This document shows positions 1 to 10,369 of a stretch of 64,000 bases of DNA, piece by piece. The notes beneath the pieces are model-generated. The model was given only the letters and a program-made list of their open reading frames with translations. It made no database searches and had not been told where the DNA came from. The stretch is taken from NCBI GenBank assembly GCA_036787045.1, contig DAIQQA010000002.1:21277-85276 (forward strand), in the 5' to 3' direction. The translations under genes were made by a program, and so were the position numbers. Numbering within the stretch: position 1 is the first letter of the stretch; each line of letters starts with the position of its first letter. Source of the DNA: Burkholderiales bacterium (lineage in GTDB: Bacteria; Pseudomonadota; Gammaproteobacteria; Burkholderiales; SHXO01).

Positions 1-434
1 ACCTCCGCGTCCGACAGGGTACCGACGTCGTGGGTCACGCTGGGATGCCCGGCCAGCGCAGCGCGCATCTGCGCGAAAGTCCAGCCCTCGATGAAGGTGA
101 TCTGCGCCTGGCTTACCTCGCCACGCGCGATCATCTCCAGCAGGCGATAGGGGGTGATGCGCGTCGGGAGCTCATAGTTACCGGCTTTGACCGCATTGGC
201 CTGCCCTAACAGCCTGGCCATCCATACGAAGCTCCAGGGTTCCCCAAGCACGCCCGCGGCGACCAGGTCGCGCCCGATCCCCCGCACGGACCGCCCTTTC
301 TTTATCGTGAGCTCCCTCGCATCGACGGGGACGTCGACCGGAGTGAGAGCGAAGTGAGACAGCCACCCCGCGGCGGCAACGATGCCGAGGAGCAGTCCGG
401 CGAAGGTGAACTTGACAAGACGAATCACGCGCAT
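1..434 (-). CDS. mltG: endolytic murein transglycosylase MltG (YceG family), N-terminal part; 3' end lies beyond the window edge
   Basis: Not in the ORF track (no stop in window). My translation of the minus strand from ATG 434: MRVIRLVKFTFAGLLLGIVAAAGWLSHFALTPVDVPVDARELTIKKGRSVRGIGRDLVAAGVLGEPWSFVWMARLLGQANAVKAGNYELPTRITPYRLLEMIARGEVSQAQITFIEGWTFAQMRAAL... This gives an N-terminal TM helix plus a YceG-like core. It lies downstream of fabF, as in the E. coli fab-pabC-mltG neighbourhood. Confidence 0.8.
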   Translation of the reverse strand, partial: MRVIRLVKFTFAGLLLGIVAAAGWLSHFALTPVDVPVDARELTIKKGRSVRGIGRDLVAAGVLGEPWSFVWMARLLGQANAVKAGNYELPTRITPYRLLEMIARGEVSQAQITFIEGWTFAQMRAALAGHPSVTHDVGTLSDAE

Positions 435-554
435 GGGATGACCTGTCGCGCCAGGCGCGCAGCCCGGCCCCGATCCACCGACCGCTGATGCAATTATGCG
501 GCCCGGCCCTCCACCCTATCAGCCGTCCCGTGACCCTGGCCGGCGGACCGGCTC

Positions 555-1793
555 TCAGACCGGCCGGAAGGCGAGCGTCGCGTTGGTCCCGCCGAAGCCG
601 AAGGAGTTCGACAGGGCAAGCCGGATGCGCATCTCGCGTGCCTGGTTGGGCACGTAGTCGAGGTCGCACTCCGGATCGGGGTCATGCAGATTTGTGGTCG
701 GCGGGGCGATCTGGTGCTCGATACCTAGAACGGTGAATACCGCCTCCACACCGCCGGCTGCACCCAGGAGGTGCCCGGTCATCGACTTGGTGGAGCTCAC
801 CGCGAGCTTCGCAGCGTGGTTGCCGAAGCAACGCTTGACCGCGATGGTCTCGGCCAGGTCCCCCAGCGGCGTCGAGGTGCCGTGCGCGTTGATGTAGTCC
901 ACCTCGTCGAGGTTGGCGCGCGCATCCTTCAGGGCGTTGATCATGCAGCGCCGCGCGCCGTCGCCGTCTGCGCAAGGAGCGGTCACGTGATGGGCGTCGG
1001 CGCTCATACCGTAACCGACCAGCTCTGCGTAGATCTTCGCGCCGCGCGCCTTGGCGTGCTCGAGCTCTTCGAGCACCACAACGCCGGCACCCTCCCCCAG
1101 CACGAACCCGTCACGCCCCCTGTCCCATGGGCGGCTCGCCGTTGCCGGATCGTCGTTGCGCGTGCTGAGCGCGCGGGCCGACGAAAAACCCGCGATCGCC
1201 AGCGGGCACACTGTGGATTCCGAGCCGCCCGCGACCATGACGTCGGCATCGCCATAGGCGATCAACCGCGCCGACTCGCCGATGCAATGCGTCGAGGTCG
1301 TGCATGCTGTCGTGATCGCCAGGTTCGGGCCCTTGAAGCCGTACATGATCGACAGGTTCCCCGAGATCATGTTGATGATCGTGCCAGGGATAAAAAACGG
1401 CGAGATCCGTCGCGGCCCCTGCTGTGTCAGCGTACGTGCCCCGTCCTCGATCATCGGCAGCCCGCCGATGCCCGACCCGATGTTCACGCCGATGCGCTCG
1501 GCATTGGCCTCGCTTGCCTTGATACCGGCGTCTGCGATGGCCTCGATCGCGGCCGCCGTGCCGTAGTGCAGGAACAGGTCGAACCGGCGAGCCTCTTTGA
1601 CCGCCAGGTACTTGCTGACGTCGAAACCCTTGACCTCGCCGGCGATCTGCGCGGCAAAAGGGGCGGCGTCGAACCGCGTGATGCGCGTGATGCCCGACCG
1701 GCCGGCAAGGACATTTGCCCAGGCCTCGCTCACTCCGATGCCCACCGGGCTGACGATCCCCAGCCCGGTAACGACGACTCTGCGTTTGGACAA
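555..1793 (-). CDS. fabF: 3-oxoacyl-ACP synthase II (KAS II)
   Basis: 412 aa. N-terminus MSKRRVVVTGLGIVSPVG, active-site context ACTTSTH, C-terminal NSFGFGGTN. Immediately downstream of acpP. Confidence 0.95.
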   Translation of the reverse strand: MSKRRVVVTGLGIVSPVGIGVSEAWANVLAGRSGITRITRFDAAPFAAQIAGEVKGFDVSKYLAVKEARRFDLFLHYGTAAAIEAIADAGIKASEANAERIGVNIGSGIGGLPMIEDGARTLTQQGPRRISPFFIPGTIINMISGNLSIMYGFKGPNLAITTACTTSTHCIGESARLIAYGDADVMVAGGSESTVCPLAIAGFSSARALSTRNDDPATASRPWDRGRDGFVLGEGAGVVVLEELEHAKARGAKIYAELVGYGMSADAHHVTAPCADGDGARRCMINALKDARANLDEVDYINAHGTSTPLGDLAETIAVKRCFGNHAAKLAVSSTKSMTGHLLGAAGGVEAVFTVLGIEHQIAPPTTNLHDPDPECDLDYVPNQAREMRIRLALSNSFGFGGTNATLAFRPV

Positions 1794-1811
1794 ATCGACC
1801 CCGGAGCGAGG

Positions 1812-2054
1812 TTACTGCTTGAGATGGGTGTTGATGTAGTCGACAGCCTGCTGGACCGAGGTGATCTTCTCCGCCTCCTCATCGGGGATCTCGCATTCGA
1901 ACTCCTCCTCGAGGGCCATCACCAGCTCGACGGTGTCCAGCGAGTCGGCGCCCAGGTCGTCGACAAAGGTCGATTCCGGCCGGATGTCCGCCTCGTTCAC
2001 ACCGAGCTGCTCAGCAACGATTTTCTTGACGCGTTGTTCAACGGTTTCCATCAA
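1812..2054 (-). CDS. acpP: acyl carrier protein
   Basis: 80 aa with the phosphopantetheine attachment motif [19 protein letters not shown]. The start may be the second Met. Confidence 0.97.
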   Translation of the reverse strand: MMETVEQRVKKIVAEQLGVNEADIRPESTFVDDLGADSLDTVELVMALEEEFECEIPDEEAEKITSVQQAVDYINTHLKQ

Positions 2055-2244
2055 GTTGCCCTTCCTGTTTACGAGAGTGTGCGCGGGCGACTGTCCCCAA
2101 CCTCCGGGCCGCGCTGGTGTCGCCCCGTTTCAAAACGGCCGTCTTGTGGTGAGCTGCGGCCCCGAAAAAGACGTCGAATTCTACCAAAATTGCACCAGCA
2201 CAGTGGGTGCGCCGGGCCTGTATCGTGACCCGCCCAGCGTCCCG

Positions 2245-2991
2245 CTAGCGCATGAGCATGCCGCCGTTGACGTCGAGCGTTGCCCCTGTGATGTATGCGG
2301 CCGCAGGCGATGCAAGGAATGCGACCGCCGCGGCGACCTCCTCCGCCGTCCCGAAACGCGCCAGCGGGATATGCTGGGTGGCAGCCTGGCGCTGTGCCTC
2401 CGGCAGAACGCGGGTCATGTCCGTATCGATGAAACCCGGTGCCACGCAGTTCACCGTCACATTCCGGCTCCCGATCTCCCGCGCGAGGGATTTGCTGAAA
2501 CCGATGACGCCCGCCTTGGCAGCCGCGTAGTTGGTCTGCCCCGCATTGCCCATCTCGCCCGAGACGGACGTCACATTGACTATCCGGCCCTCGCGCGCCT
2601 TCAACATGTCGCGCACAACCAGCCGGCACAGGCGGAACACCGACTTCAGGTTGACCTCCATAATTTCGTCCCACTCTTCATCCTTCATCCGCATGAGCAG
2701 GTTGTCGCGCGTGATCCCCGCGTTGTTGATGAGGGCATAGATCCGCCCGAAGTCGGCCTGAGCGGACTCGATCAGGCGCTGCATGCCGGCCTCATCCGCC
2801 ACGTTGAGCACGTGGCCCTTTCCGCGTATGCCCTCGCTCCCCAGCAGCTCGGTGATCGCGGTCGCGCCAGACTCGCTGGTTGCGGTCCCGGCCACGGCCG
2901 CGCCCTGCCGCCCCAACTCCAGCGCAATGGCTCGACCGATGCCGCGGCTGGCGCCTGTCACCAGTGCGAGCTTGCCCTCCAGTGGCTTCAT
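2245..2991 (-). CDS. fabG: 3-oxoacyl-ACP reductase (SDR)
   Basis: 248 aa. TGASRGIG cofactor motif, NNAG, catalytic YAAAKAG. Sits in fabD-fabG-acpP order. Confidence 0.93.
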   Translation of the reverse strand: MKPLEGKLALVTGASRGIGRAIALELGRQGAAVAGTATSESGATAITELLGSEGIRGKGHVLNVADEAGMQRLIESAQADFGRIYALINNAGITRDNLLMRMKDEEWDEIMEVNLKSVFRLCRLVVRDMLKAREGRIVNVTSVSGEMGNAGQTNYAAAKAGVIGFSKSLAREIGSRNVTVNCVAPGFIDTDMTRVLPEAQRQAATQHIPLARFGTAEEVAAAVAFLASPAAAYITGATLDVNGGMLMR

Positions 2992-2998
2992 GCCGTCC

Positions 2999-3937
2999 TC
3001 ACATCGATTTCAGTTGCTGTGCCAACTGCTGCAGCTGCGCTCCGTCCTTCAACGCCACGGCCTCGACCCCCGGGGCACTTCGTTTGTTGAGCCCGGTCAG
3101 CACGCTGCCCGGTCCGCATTCGATCACCTGCGTGATTCCCCGCCGCGGCATCTCCTGCATGCACTCGACCCAGCGCACCGGGCAGTGCAGCTGGCGCACG
3201 AGGCTGTCCTTGATCTGCGCAGGCTGCTCTGGAGACGCCACATCGACGTTGTTGAGCACGGGTGTGCGCGGAGGCTGGAGGCTGATGCCGGCAAGCTGCT
3301 CGGCAAGACGCATGGCGGCATTCCGCATCAGACTGCAATGAGACGGCACACTCATGGGCAGCAGTAGCGCGCGCTTGGCGCCCCTGGCCTTGGCCAGCTC
3401 CATCCCGCGTTCCACCGCCTCGCGGTGTCCGGCGATGACGACCTGACTGGGGGCGTTGAAATTGGCCGCCTCGAGCACCTGGCCCTGCGCCGCGTCGGCG
3501 CAGACGGCGCGGATGGCATCGTCGTCGAGTCCGAGGATCGCGGCGATTCCGCCGGTGCCCTCAGGCACCGCTTCCTGCATCGCCTGCGCGCGACAACGGA
3601 CCAGCGGCAGGGCCTCATCCAAACGCAGCGCGTCACTGGCCACTAAGGCCGTATATTCCCCGAGGCTGTGCCCAGCCAGCAGCGTCGGCTCGGGGCCACC
3701 CGCTGCGCGCCAGGCCTTAAAGAGGGCATAGCCCGCGGTGAGCATCACGGGCTGCGTGTTGACGGTCTTGTTGAGCTCCTCTGCTGGACCGTTTGCCACC
3801 AGCGCCCAGAGGTCCTGCTTCAGAATGGCGCCCGCCTCGGAGAAAGCCTGATGCACCTCCGGCAGCGCCTCGAACGGTGCCATCATGCCCACCGACTGGG
3901 AGCCCTGGCCGGGAAAAACGAAGGCAAATCGGGTCAT
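2999..3937 (-). CDS. fabD: malonyl-CoA:ACP transacylase
   Basis: 312 aa. FVFPGQGSQ and the active-site GHSLGEY motif. Confidence 0.93.
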   Translation of the reverse strand: MTRFAFVFPGQGSQSVGMMAPFEALPEVHQAFSEAGAILKQDLWALVANGPAEELNKTVNTQPVMLTAGYALFKAWRAAGGPEPTLLAGHSLGEYTALVASDALRLDEALPLVRCRAQAMQEAVPEGTGGIAAILGLDDDAIRAVCADAAQGQVLEAANFNAPSQVVIAGHREAVERGMELAKARGAKRALLLPMSVPSHCSLMRNAAMRLAEQLAGISLQPPRTPVLNNVDVASPEQPAQIKDSLVRQLHCPVRWVECMQEMPRRGITQVIECGPGSVLTGLNKRSAPGVEAVALKDGAQLQQLAQQLKSM

Positions 3938-3952
3938 GAGAGACGATCCGGA

Positions 3953-4912
3953 TCAGATCCACCGCATCAGACAGGCGCCCCAGGTGAAGCCGCCACCCAC
4001 GGCCTCCAGCAGGAGATGCTGGCCCGGTCGGATGCGGCCATCGCGCACCGCTTCGTCCAGCGCCAGAGGGATGGAGGCTGCAGAGGTATTGGCGTGCCGG
4101 TCGACGGTGACGACAACCTTTTCCATCGGCAGGCCCAGCTTCCGCGCGGTGGCTTCGATGATTCGGATGTTGGCCTGGTGGGGAATCAGCCAGTCGATGC
4201 GCTCCTTCGGCAAAGCGGCCGCTGCCATCACCTCCTCCACCACCTCTGCGAGCACTTTCACCGCGAACTTGAAGACGACGTTGCCCTCCATCGTAACGAA
4301 GGGCTTGCCCCGAACGCCCCCGGCGCAGACCTGGCCGGGCACCGCCAGCGCCTTGCTGTGGCTTCCATCGGCGTGCAGCCGGCTTGCGAGCAGTCCGGGA
4401 TGGTCGCTCGCGGCCAGCACGACCGCTCCGGCTCCATCCCCGAACAGAACGCAGGTGGTTCGGTCGGTCCAATCCAGGATACGGGAGTACACCTCGCTGC
4501 CCACTACCAGTGCGTAACGGCAGTGGCCTGCCCGCAGGAACAGGTCTGCGGTGGTCAGCGCGTAAACGAATCCGCTGCACACAGCCTGGACGTCGAAGGC
4601 CGGTCCGCCACGGATGCCCAGCTTGGCCTGCAGAATGCAGGCGGTGCTGGGGAAGATCATGTCGGGAGTGGTCGTCGCGACGACGATCAGGCCAAGCTCC
4701 TCCGGGGCGATCCCTGCCGCAGCCAGGGCGCGCTGCGAGGCCTCCAGTGCCAGATCGCTCGCCATCTCGCAGTCAGCGGCCACGCGCCGCTCGCGGATGC
4801 CCGTGCGCGAGACGATCCACTCGTCCGAGGTATCGACCATGCTTTCGAGATCTCGGTTGGTCAGCACCTTCTCCGGCAGGTAGCTGCCGGTGCCGATGAT
4901 CCGGGAGTGCAC
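3953..4912 (-). CDS. fabH: 3-oxoacyl-ACP synthase III (KAS III)
   Basis: The conserved N-terminus [18 protein letters not shown] starts at GTG 4912, one nt after the plsX stop (4914-4916). The track ORF (to 5041) overlaps plsX and carries a non-homologous leader. Motif AVCSGF (active Cys). Confidence 0.9.
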   Translation of the reverse strand: MHSRIIGTGSYLPEKVLTNRDLESMVDTSDEWIVSRTGIRERRVAADCEMASDLALEASQRALAAAGIAPEELGLIVVATTTPDMIFPSTACILQAKLGIRGGPAFDVQAVCSGFVYALTTADLFLRAGHCRYALVVGSEVYSRILDWTDRTTCVLFGDGAGAVVLAASDHPGLLASRLHADGSHSKALAVPGQVCAGGVRGKPFVTMEGNVVFKFAVKVLAEVVEEVMAAAALPKERIDWLIPHQANIRIIEATARKLGLPMEKVVVTVDRHANTSAASIPLALDEAVRDGRIRPGQHLLLEAVGGGFTWGACLMRWI

Positions 4913-4913
4913 G

Positions 4914-5948
4914 TCAGCCCACTCCCTGGACGCGGGGAGGCGTTTCGTCCAGCGGCGGCAGATGCTCTCTGATGCGCTCGAGGATGCCGCGGTTCGCCTC
5001 CTCCCAGGCACGGTCGATCGCCACCTCGAAGGCCAAGGCATCGGCCGAGCCGTGGCTCTTCACCACGATGCCGCGCAGCCCCAGCAGGCTGGCACCGTTC
5101 AGTCGGCGCGGGTCTACCCGTCGGCGAAACGCGTTGATCACCGGCAGCGATGCCAACGCGACGAGCCTGCTGAACACGCTGCGTTTGAACTCCTCCTGCA
5201 GGTAGGAAGCCAGCATCCGCGCCAGGCCCTCGGAGGACTTGAGGAACACGTTGCCCACGAAGCCGTCGCACACGACGACATCGGTGGTCCCCTTGTAGAT
5301 ATCGAAGCCTTCGACGTTGCCGTAATAGTTCAGGCCGCTCGTCTTGAGCAGCTCGCCGGCCTGCTTCACCACCTCGTTGCCCTTGATATCCTCTTCGCCG
5401 ATGTTGAGCAGACCGACGCTCGGGCGCTCCACCTTCTCCACGACCGAATACAGGGCTGCACCCATGACGGCGAACTGGAGCAGATGCAGCGCAGTGCAGT
5501 CGACGTTGGCGCCGAGATCCAGCACGCAGCAACGCCCGCGCATCGTGGGTACCATCGAGGCGATGGCAGGACGCTCGACACCCGGCATCATCTTCAGCAC
5601 GAAGCGCGAGATCGCCATGAGCCCGCCGGTGTTTCCGGCGCTGACGCAGGCGTCGGCCTCGCCATTCTTGACCAGATCCACCGCGACCCGCATCGAGGAG
5701 TCGCGCTTGCCGCGCAGGGCGATGGCGGGCGGGTCGTCCATGCCCACGATCTCCGACGCATGCTGCACGCGGATGCGCGGATCGTCCGCACGATTGCGCG
5801 CCCGCAGAGCATTCGCGATGCTCTCCGCGTCGCCCACCAGCACGACCCTGGCATCGGCGCGCCGGTCGAGAAAGTTCAGGGCAGCGGGAATCGTCACGGG
5901 CAGGCCGTGATCGCCCCCCATGCAATCCAGCGCGATCGCTACACCCAT
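4914..5948 (-). CDS. plsX: phosphate acyltransferase PlsX
   Basis: 344 aa. [16 protein letters not shown]-terminus typical of PlsX. rpmF-plsX-fabH synteny. Confidence 0.92.
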   Translation of the reverse strand: MGVAIALDCMGGDHGLPVTIPAALNFLDRRADARVVLVGDAESIANALRARNRADDPRIRVQHASEIVGMDDPPAIALRGKRDSSMRVAVDLVKNGEADACVSAGNTGGLMAISRFVLKMMPGVERPAIASMVPTMRGRCCVLDLGANVDCTALHLLQFAVMGAALYSVVEKVERPSVGLLNIGEEDIKGNEVVKQAGELLKTSGLNYYGNVEGFDIYKGTTDVVVCDGFVGNVFLKSSEGLARMLASYLQEEFKRSVFSRLVALASLPVINAFRRRVDPRRLNGASLLGLRGIVVKSHGSADALAFEVAIDRAWEEANRGILERIREHLPPLDETPPRVQGVG

Positions 5949-6135
5949 CGTGCTGGATGCGCCCGGTAGCGGGTGCGCCGAGGCGCGCGCGAACTGACGG
6001 CCCGTATTGCGGATGTGGTGCCCGTCAACATCCAGTGTCCCGGGCTACCGGGCGTGTCATCGCACAGGCGAACTGAGGCGATCCGGCGCGTCGTGACCCG
6101 TCCGGGATCGCGAGTGACGTTCGGCAAAGCCAGGA

Positions 6136-6315
6136 TCAGTCGTCCTGGGACTTGACGATCCGCTTGCCCCGGTAGTAGCCGTTGGGGCTGATGTGATGGC
6201 GGAGGTGGACTTCGCCGGAGACCGGCTCGAGCGCGAGCGGAGGGTTGCCGAGCCGGTCGTGCGCGCGTCGCATGTTGCGCCTCGACGGCGACTTCTTGTT
6301 CTGCTGTACAGCCAT
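6136..6315 (-). CDS. rpmF: 50S ribosomal protein L32
   Basis: Below the ORF-track size cut-off. My translation: [59 protein letters not shown] (ATG 6315, TGA 6136-6138). Canonical L32 N-terminus, between yceD and plsX. Confidence 0.9.
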   Translation of the reverse strand: MAVQQNKKSPSRRNMRRAHDRLGNPPLALEPVSGEVHLRHHISPNGYYRGKRIVKSQDD

Positions 6316-6354
6316 GATGGTGTGCTCCTGTATCGTATGGACGCTTGCGCAGCG

Positions 6355-6888
6355 TCAATGCTTCAGCCGGGCGAGCGAGGCGAAAGGAGAGGTGCTCCCC
6401 TGCGCGCCAACCTCTCCCACCGGCCGCAGATGACACTCGCCCGCGGGATGTCGCGGCGCCATCGGCAAGGCCAGCAGGACCTCCTCTTCCACCAACTCGC
6501 GCAAATCGACTCGATCCATCGCCGGGATGGTATCGACGAATTCCTCTTCGTCTGCAGGCTGGTTGAACTCCTCCGCGCCCGCCACCAACACGATCTCGCG
6601 CCGCAGCGCCAGCGGAAAGCTCAATCGCTCCATGCAACGCTGGCAGCGCAAGCCGATCTCCCCGCCTACCTCGATGCGCAGGGCGGGCTGATCGTTGGGC
6701 GTGATGAAGCCGGTCACCCGGTACTCGATCGTGCTGCCCTGCTGTCTGCTGTCGCCCGGGGAGTCGAAGAGCAGCTCCGCAAGCCGCTGCAGCGTCTCGG
6801 CCCCGAACGACCCGCTCGCACTCGCCCCCGCGCGTGCGAACTTCCTCGGTTCGATAACCAGCGGATCGATGATAGCGGGGTCGACCAT
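6355..6888 (-). CDS. yceD: YceD/DUF177 family 23S rRNA accumulation protein
   Basis: 177 aa with a CQRCMERL motif and an acidic C-terminal half. Conserved position upstream of rpmF. Confidence 0.85.
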   Translation of the reverse strand: MVDPAIIDPLVIEPRKFARAGASASGSFGAETLQRLAELLFDSPGDSRQQGSTIEYRVTGFITPNDQPALRIEVGGEIGLRCQRCMERLSFPLALRREIVLVAGAEEFNQPADEEEFVDTIPAMDRVDLRELVEEEVLLALPMAPRHPAGECHLRPVGEVGAQGSTSPFASLARLKH

Positions 6889-7057
6889 GACCTGCTCGTA
6901 CGACCCAACCGTTGCGACCTCGCCGGCTGCATCGGCTGTCTCGCGACCCTGGGCTGTCCGAATTGAAACGGCGCATGTTAGTATTTTTCCTACACACTGT
7001 CAAAACCTTACCGGGCAAGACCACCTCCCCTGGGCTTCGGGCGCATCCCTCTGCTGC

Positions 7058-7630
7058 ATGCTCGTGCTGGCCTCTACCTCCCCTTACCGACGCGAGCTGC
7101 TGGCGCGCCTCGGCCTTGCCTTCGAGGTGCTCTCGCCCGGAGTGGGCGAGGAACCGCTACGCGACGAGGCACCGGCAGATACCGCTATACGGCTGGCGCA
7201 AGCCAAGGCGCGGGCGGGCGCGGCGCGCTATTCCGATGCCTTGGTGATCGGCTCGGACCAGGTCGCGGAGCTCGACGGGCATCGGCTCGACAAGCCCCGG
7301 ACCCACGAGCGCGCGGCGCGGCAGCTGGAACTGCTCAGTGGCCGGTTCGCTGATTTCCATACTGCGGTAGCCGTCGTGAACAGCGCCTCCGGTCGGTTGC
7401 AGGCGCGGCTCGTTCCCACGCGCGTCTTCTTCCGCCCGCTCACCAGCCGGCAGATCGATGCCTATCTGCAGAGGGAGCAGCCGTTCGACTGCGCAGGCAG
7501 CGCCAAGTCGGAGGGCCTCGGGATCGCACTGATCCGGCGCATCGAGGGAACCGACCCTACGGCGCTGATCGGCCTGCCATTGATCGCCCTGACGGAGATG
7601 CTGCAGGCAGAGGGGCTGGAAGTCCTTTGA
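7058..7630 (+). CDS. maf: Maf-like nucleoside triphosphate pyrophosphatase (YceF type)
   Basis: Homologous region begins at ATG 7058 (MLVLASTSPYRRELL...); motifs GSDQV and AGSAKSEGLG. The upstream part of track ORF 6695-7630 is antisense to yceD. Confidence 0.85.
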   Translation: MLVLASTSPYRRELLARLGLAFEVLSPGVGEEPLRDEAPADTAIRLAQAKARAGAARYSDALVIGSDQVAELDGHRLDKPRTHERAARQLELLSGRFADFHTAVAVVNSASGRLQARLVPTRVFFRPLTSRQIDAYLQREQPFDCAGSAKSEGLGIALIRRIEGTDPTALIGLPLIALTEMLQAEGLEVL

Positions 7631-8410
7631 ATGGGCGGCGCGTTGTACTTGGTTCCAACCTCGCTGGGTCCCGATGTGCTGCCCGCCAGCGTCCCGCCGG
7701 GCGTCCAGCAGACCGTGCTGGGCCTGGAGGGGTTCATCGCCGAGAACGCCAGGAGCGCGCGGCGATTCCTCAAAGCCCTCGGCTATCCGCTGCCGCTGGC
7801 CAAAGTGCCGATTGCAGAGCTGAACGAACACACACCAGCGGCCGCACTGCCCGCGCTCCTTGCGCCCGTGCGTGCCGGACAGCGCATCGGCGTGCTGTCC
7901 GAGGCCGGATGTCCGGCGGTCGCGGATCCGGGCACTGCCCTGATCGCCTTGGCGCATCGGGAGGGGCTGCGTGTGGTGCCACTGGTTGGACCTTCCTCCC
8001 TGTTGCTGGCGCTCATGGCCTCCGGCCTCAGCGGCCAGCGGTTCTGCTTTCACGGCTACCTGCCGGTGGAGCGTGACGATTGCACGCGTGCCCTCAGAAT
8101 GCTGGAATCGGAGTCGCTCGCCAGGCAGAGCACGCAGATCTTCATCGAAGCGCCGTACCGGAACGCAAGGCTGCTGGAGACCATCCTCAGCGCGTGCCGC
8201 GCGGACACCCTCCTTTGCCTCGCCGCCGAGCTCACGCTGCCAGGAGAGCAAATAGCGACGAAGACGGTCGCACAGTGGCGCAGCGTGGCCGTCGACCTCC
8301 AACGTCGGCCGACGGTGTTTCTGCTCCAGGCTGTGTCGGCCGGCTTGAGCGAAGCGCCTTGCCGGGGTTCCCTTGGCCAGCACATCCCCCGCAAGGCTCG
8401 ACCAAGGTGA
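7631..8410 (+). CDS. SAM-dependent methyltransferase of the tetrapyrrole-methylase/RsmI-like family
   Basis: 259 aa. LYLVPTSLG N-terminus, SEAGCPAVADPG and PLVGPSSLLLAL motifs characteristic of RsmI/YraL-type methylases. The ATG abuts the maf stop (TGAATG). Confidence 0.65.
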   Translation: MGGALYLVPTSLGPDVLPASVPPGVQQTVLGLEGFIAENARSARRFLKALGYPLPLAKVPIAELNEHTPAAALPALLAPVRAGQRIGVLSEAGCPAVADPGTALIALAHREGLRVVPLVGPSSLLLALMASGLSGQRFCFHGYLPVERDDCTRALRMLESESLARQSTQIFIEAPYRNARLLETILSACRADTLLCLAAELTLPGEQIATKTVAQWRSVAVDLQRRPTVFLLQAVSAGLSEAPCRGSLGQHIPRKARPR

Positions 8411-8416
8411 CCGGGC

Positions 8417-9376
8417 CTAATGAAGTTGCGGGCCCGCGGTATGCCGCACCAACGTCTGCGCCATTGCGGCGCCGAGGCGTCGGGCAAACCGCTCGACGAT
8501 GCTCTCGCGGGTGCTGAAGTCGACGATGTCCTCGGCCTTGATCACCTCGCGGGCAACGTAGTCGACGCTGCCGAGCTCGTCGGCGAGCCCCAGCTCGATG
8601 CTCTGTGCACCCGTCCAGATCAACCCGCTGTACAGCTCCGGCACCTCCCTGAGGCGCGCGCCGCGCCCCTGTCGAACCGTGTCGATGAACTGGCGGTGGA
8701 TCTCGTCGAGCAGCTTCTGCGCATACTCCCGCTGCTCCTGAAGCAGCGGCGAGAACGGATCCAGAAACCCCTTGTTTTCCCCCGCGGTGAGCAGGCGCCG
8801 CTCGACGCCAAGCTTGTCCAAGGTGCCGGTGAAGCCGAACCCGTCCATCAAGACTCCGATGGAGCCGACGATGCTCGCCTGATCGACGTAGATCCTGTCC
8901 GCCGCGGCGGCTACGTAGTATCCGCCCGAGGCGCAAACGTCATCCACCACCACGTACAGAGGCACCTTAGGATGCAGCGCGCGCAGGCGGCGCATCTCTT
9001 GGCTGATCTGGTTGGCCTGCACCGGACTGCCGCCGGGGCTGTTCACCCGCAGGATCACCCCGACGGTGTTCTTGTCCTTGAAAGCGTCCTGCAATCCCGC
9101 GTTCACACGATCGGCGCTCGCGTCGCTGTCGGCGGCGATCACGCCGTTGATCTCGACCAGGGCGGTATGACGCCCAGGTAGCGAGCGTTCCTTTCCCCCG
9201 ATCATCCCCAGGAAGACGAACAGCAGGATGAACAGATACAGGAATGTGAGGCCCTTGAAGAAGATCCCCCAGCGGCGCGCCCGCCGCTGCTCATCCAGAG
9301 CTGCACGGGCAAGCCGCTCGAGGGCGTCACGCTCCCAGGAAGTCCCGGAGCTCGGTTCGGGGCTGGATTCAGCCAT
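8417..9376 (-). CDS. sppA: signal peptide peptidase SppA, 36K type (S49)
   Basis: 319 aa. N-terminal TM segment, NSPGGS and ASGGYY motifs of S49 peptidases. Confidence 0.85.
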   Translation of the reverse strand: MAESSPEPSSGTSWERDALERLARAALDEQRRARRWGIFFKGLTFLYLFILLFVFLGMIGGKERSLPGRHTALVEINGVIAADSDASADRVNAGLQDAFKDKNTVGVILRVNSPGGSPVQANQISQEMRRLRALHPKVPLYVVVDDVCASGGYYVAAAADRIYVDQASIVGSIGVLMDGFGFTGTLDKLGVERRLLTAGENKGFLDPFSPLLQEQREYAQKLLDEIHRQFIDTVRQGRGARLREVPELYSGLIWTGAQSIELGLADELGSVDYVAREVIKAEDIVDFSTRESIVERFARRLGAAMAQTLVRHTAGPQLH

Positions 9377-9388
9377 CGCAGTGCCCTG

Positions 9389-9733
9389 TCAGTCGATCAG
9401 GAAGACCTTGCCTTCTGCCTCCGCCACTCGCAGGGGCGTGAGACTTCTGCCGCTGCACGGCCCGGCAATGCAGCGGCCGCTCTCCGGCAGGTAGGTGGCG
9501 CCGTGAGTGGCGCAGACCAAGTATAACGCGCTGAGGTCGAAGAATTCCCCTTCACTCCAGTCGAGCTCGACCGGCACGTGCGCGCAGCGGTTAAGGTAAG
9601 CCCGCACGACGCCGTCGAAGCGCACGGCGAAGGCCGGTTCGCTCCGTCCGTACCAGTCCACGCTGAAGCGCACGGCTTTGCCCCGCTCCTTCAGATCGGT
9701 GCTCTCGCAGATTAGGCGTTGGCCTGCAGCCAT
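9389..9733 (-). CDS. Rieske [2Fe-2S] domain protein
   Basis: 114 aa with CAH...CATHG Rieske ligand motifs. Overlaps the upstream HAD gene stop by 22 nt. Confidence 0.8.
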   Translation of the reverse strand: MAAGQRLICESTDLKERGKAVRFSVDWYGRSEPAFAVRFDGVVRAYLNRCAHVPVELDWSEGEFFDLSALYLVCATHGATYLPESGRCIAGPCSGRSLTPLRVAEAEGKVFLID

Positions 9734-10368
9734 GCAATGAGCTCGGGGAAGGAGGCGATGCAGGCTGCCGGCGCGCAGGCGCGCAGCGCTGATTCCTCAT
9801 GGGCGCCGTAGGTCACGGCCAGTCCGGTCACCCCTGCCCCTCGCGCCATCTCCATGTCATGGGAGGTATCTCCGATCATGAGCGTGCGCTCAGGTGCCAC
9901 TGCCAGCGCCTCCATTAAATAGATCAGCATCTCCGGATGCGGCTTGGGAAACCCCTCATCGGCGCAACGCGACAGGTGGAAGAACGGCAGCAGGCCCGAG
10001 TCCTGAAGGGCACGGTCGAGGCCACGCCGGCTTTTGCCGGTCGCTACGCCCAGGAGGAAACCGCCGTTGTGCAGGGTGGCGAGGCCTTCGCGGACCCCCA
10101 TGAAAGGCGTGACCTGGTGGTCGCCCGCCAGATAGTGATAGCGGTAGCGTTCCGCCAGGCGCGGATAGTCGGCTGGCGCAAGGTCGGGCAGCAGATATGC
10201 CAGCGCGTCGGTCAGCCCGAGCCCGATGATGTACCGGGCACGCTCGGGACTGGGCACCGGCAGACCCAGATCGCGGCAGGCCGCCTGGATCGATTCGACG
10301 ATGTGGCCCGCCGAGTCCACCACCGTCCCATCCCAGTCGAACACCAGCAGGTCGAACCGCTTGCCCAT
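9712..10368 (-). CDS. HAD-IA family hydrolase (phosphoglycolate phosphatase-like)
   Basis: Start reset to ATG 10368 (MGKRFDLLVFDWDGTVVDS, HAD motif I), one nt after the rluC stop. GDTSHDM is motif IV. Confidence 0.8.
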   Translation of the reverse strand: MGKRFDLLVFDWDGTVVDSAGHIVESIQAACRDLGLPVPSPERARYIIGLGLTDALAYLLPDLAPADYPRLAERYRYHYLAGDHQVTPFMGVREGLATLHNGGFLLGVATGKSRRGLDRALQDSGLLPFFHLSRCADEGFPKPHPEMLIYLMEALAVAPERTLMIGDTSHDMEMARGAGVTGLAVTYGAHEESALRACAPAACIASFPELIAWLQANA

Positions 10369-10369
10369 G

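Noticed and set aside
178-669. 163-aa minus-strand ORF at the window start
   Set aside because: It is in a different frame from the MltG reading frame, which translates into a clean TM helix plus YceG core. This ORF is Arg-rich low complexity and also runs into the fabF 3' end.
771-2228. 485-aa plus-strand ORF, with similar long antisense ORFs elsewhere (15137-17200, 3668-4972, 4890-5969, 8420-9181, 33952-35085, 39303-40373, 42693-43775, 47593-48738, 49634-51190, 59613-60815, 60869-61987)
   Set aside because: Each lies opposite a strongly supported conserved gene and has Arg/Ala/Gly/Pro-biased composition. I treated them as GC-driven open frames, not genes.
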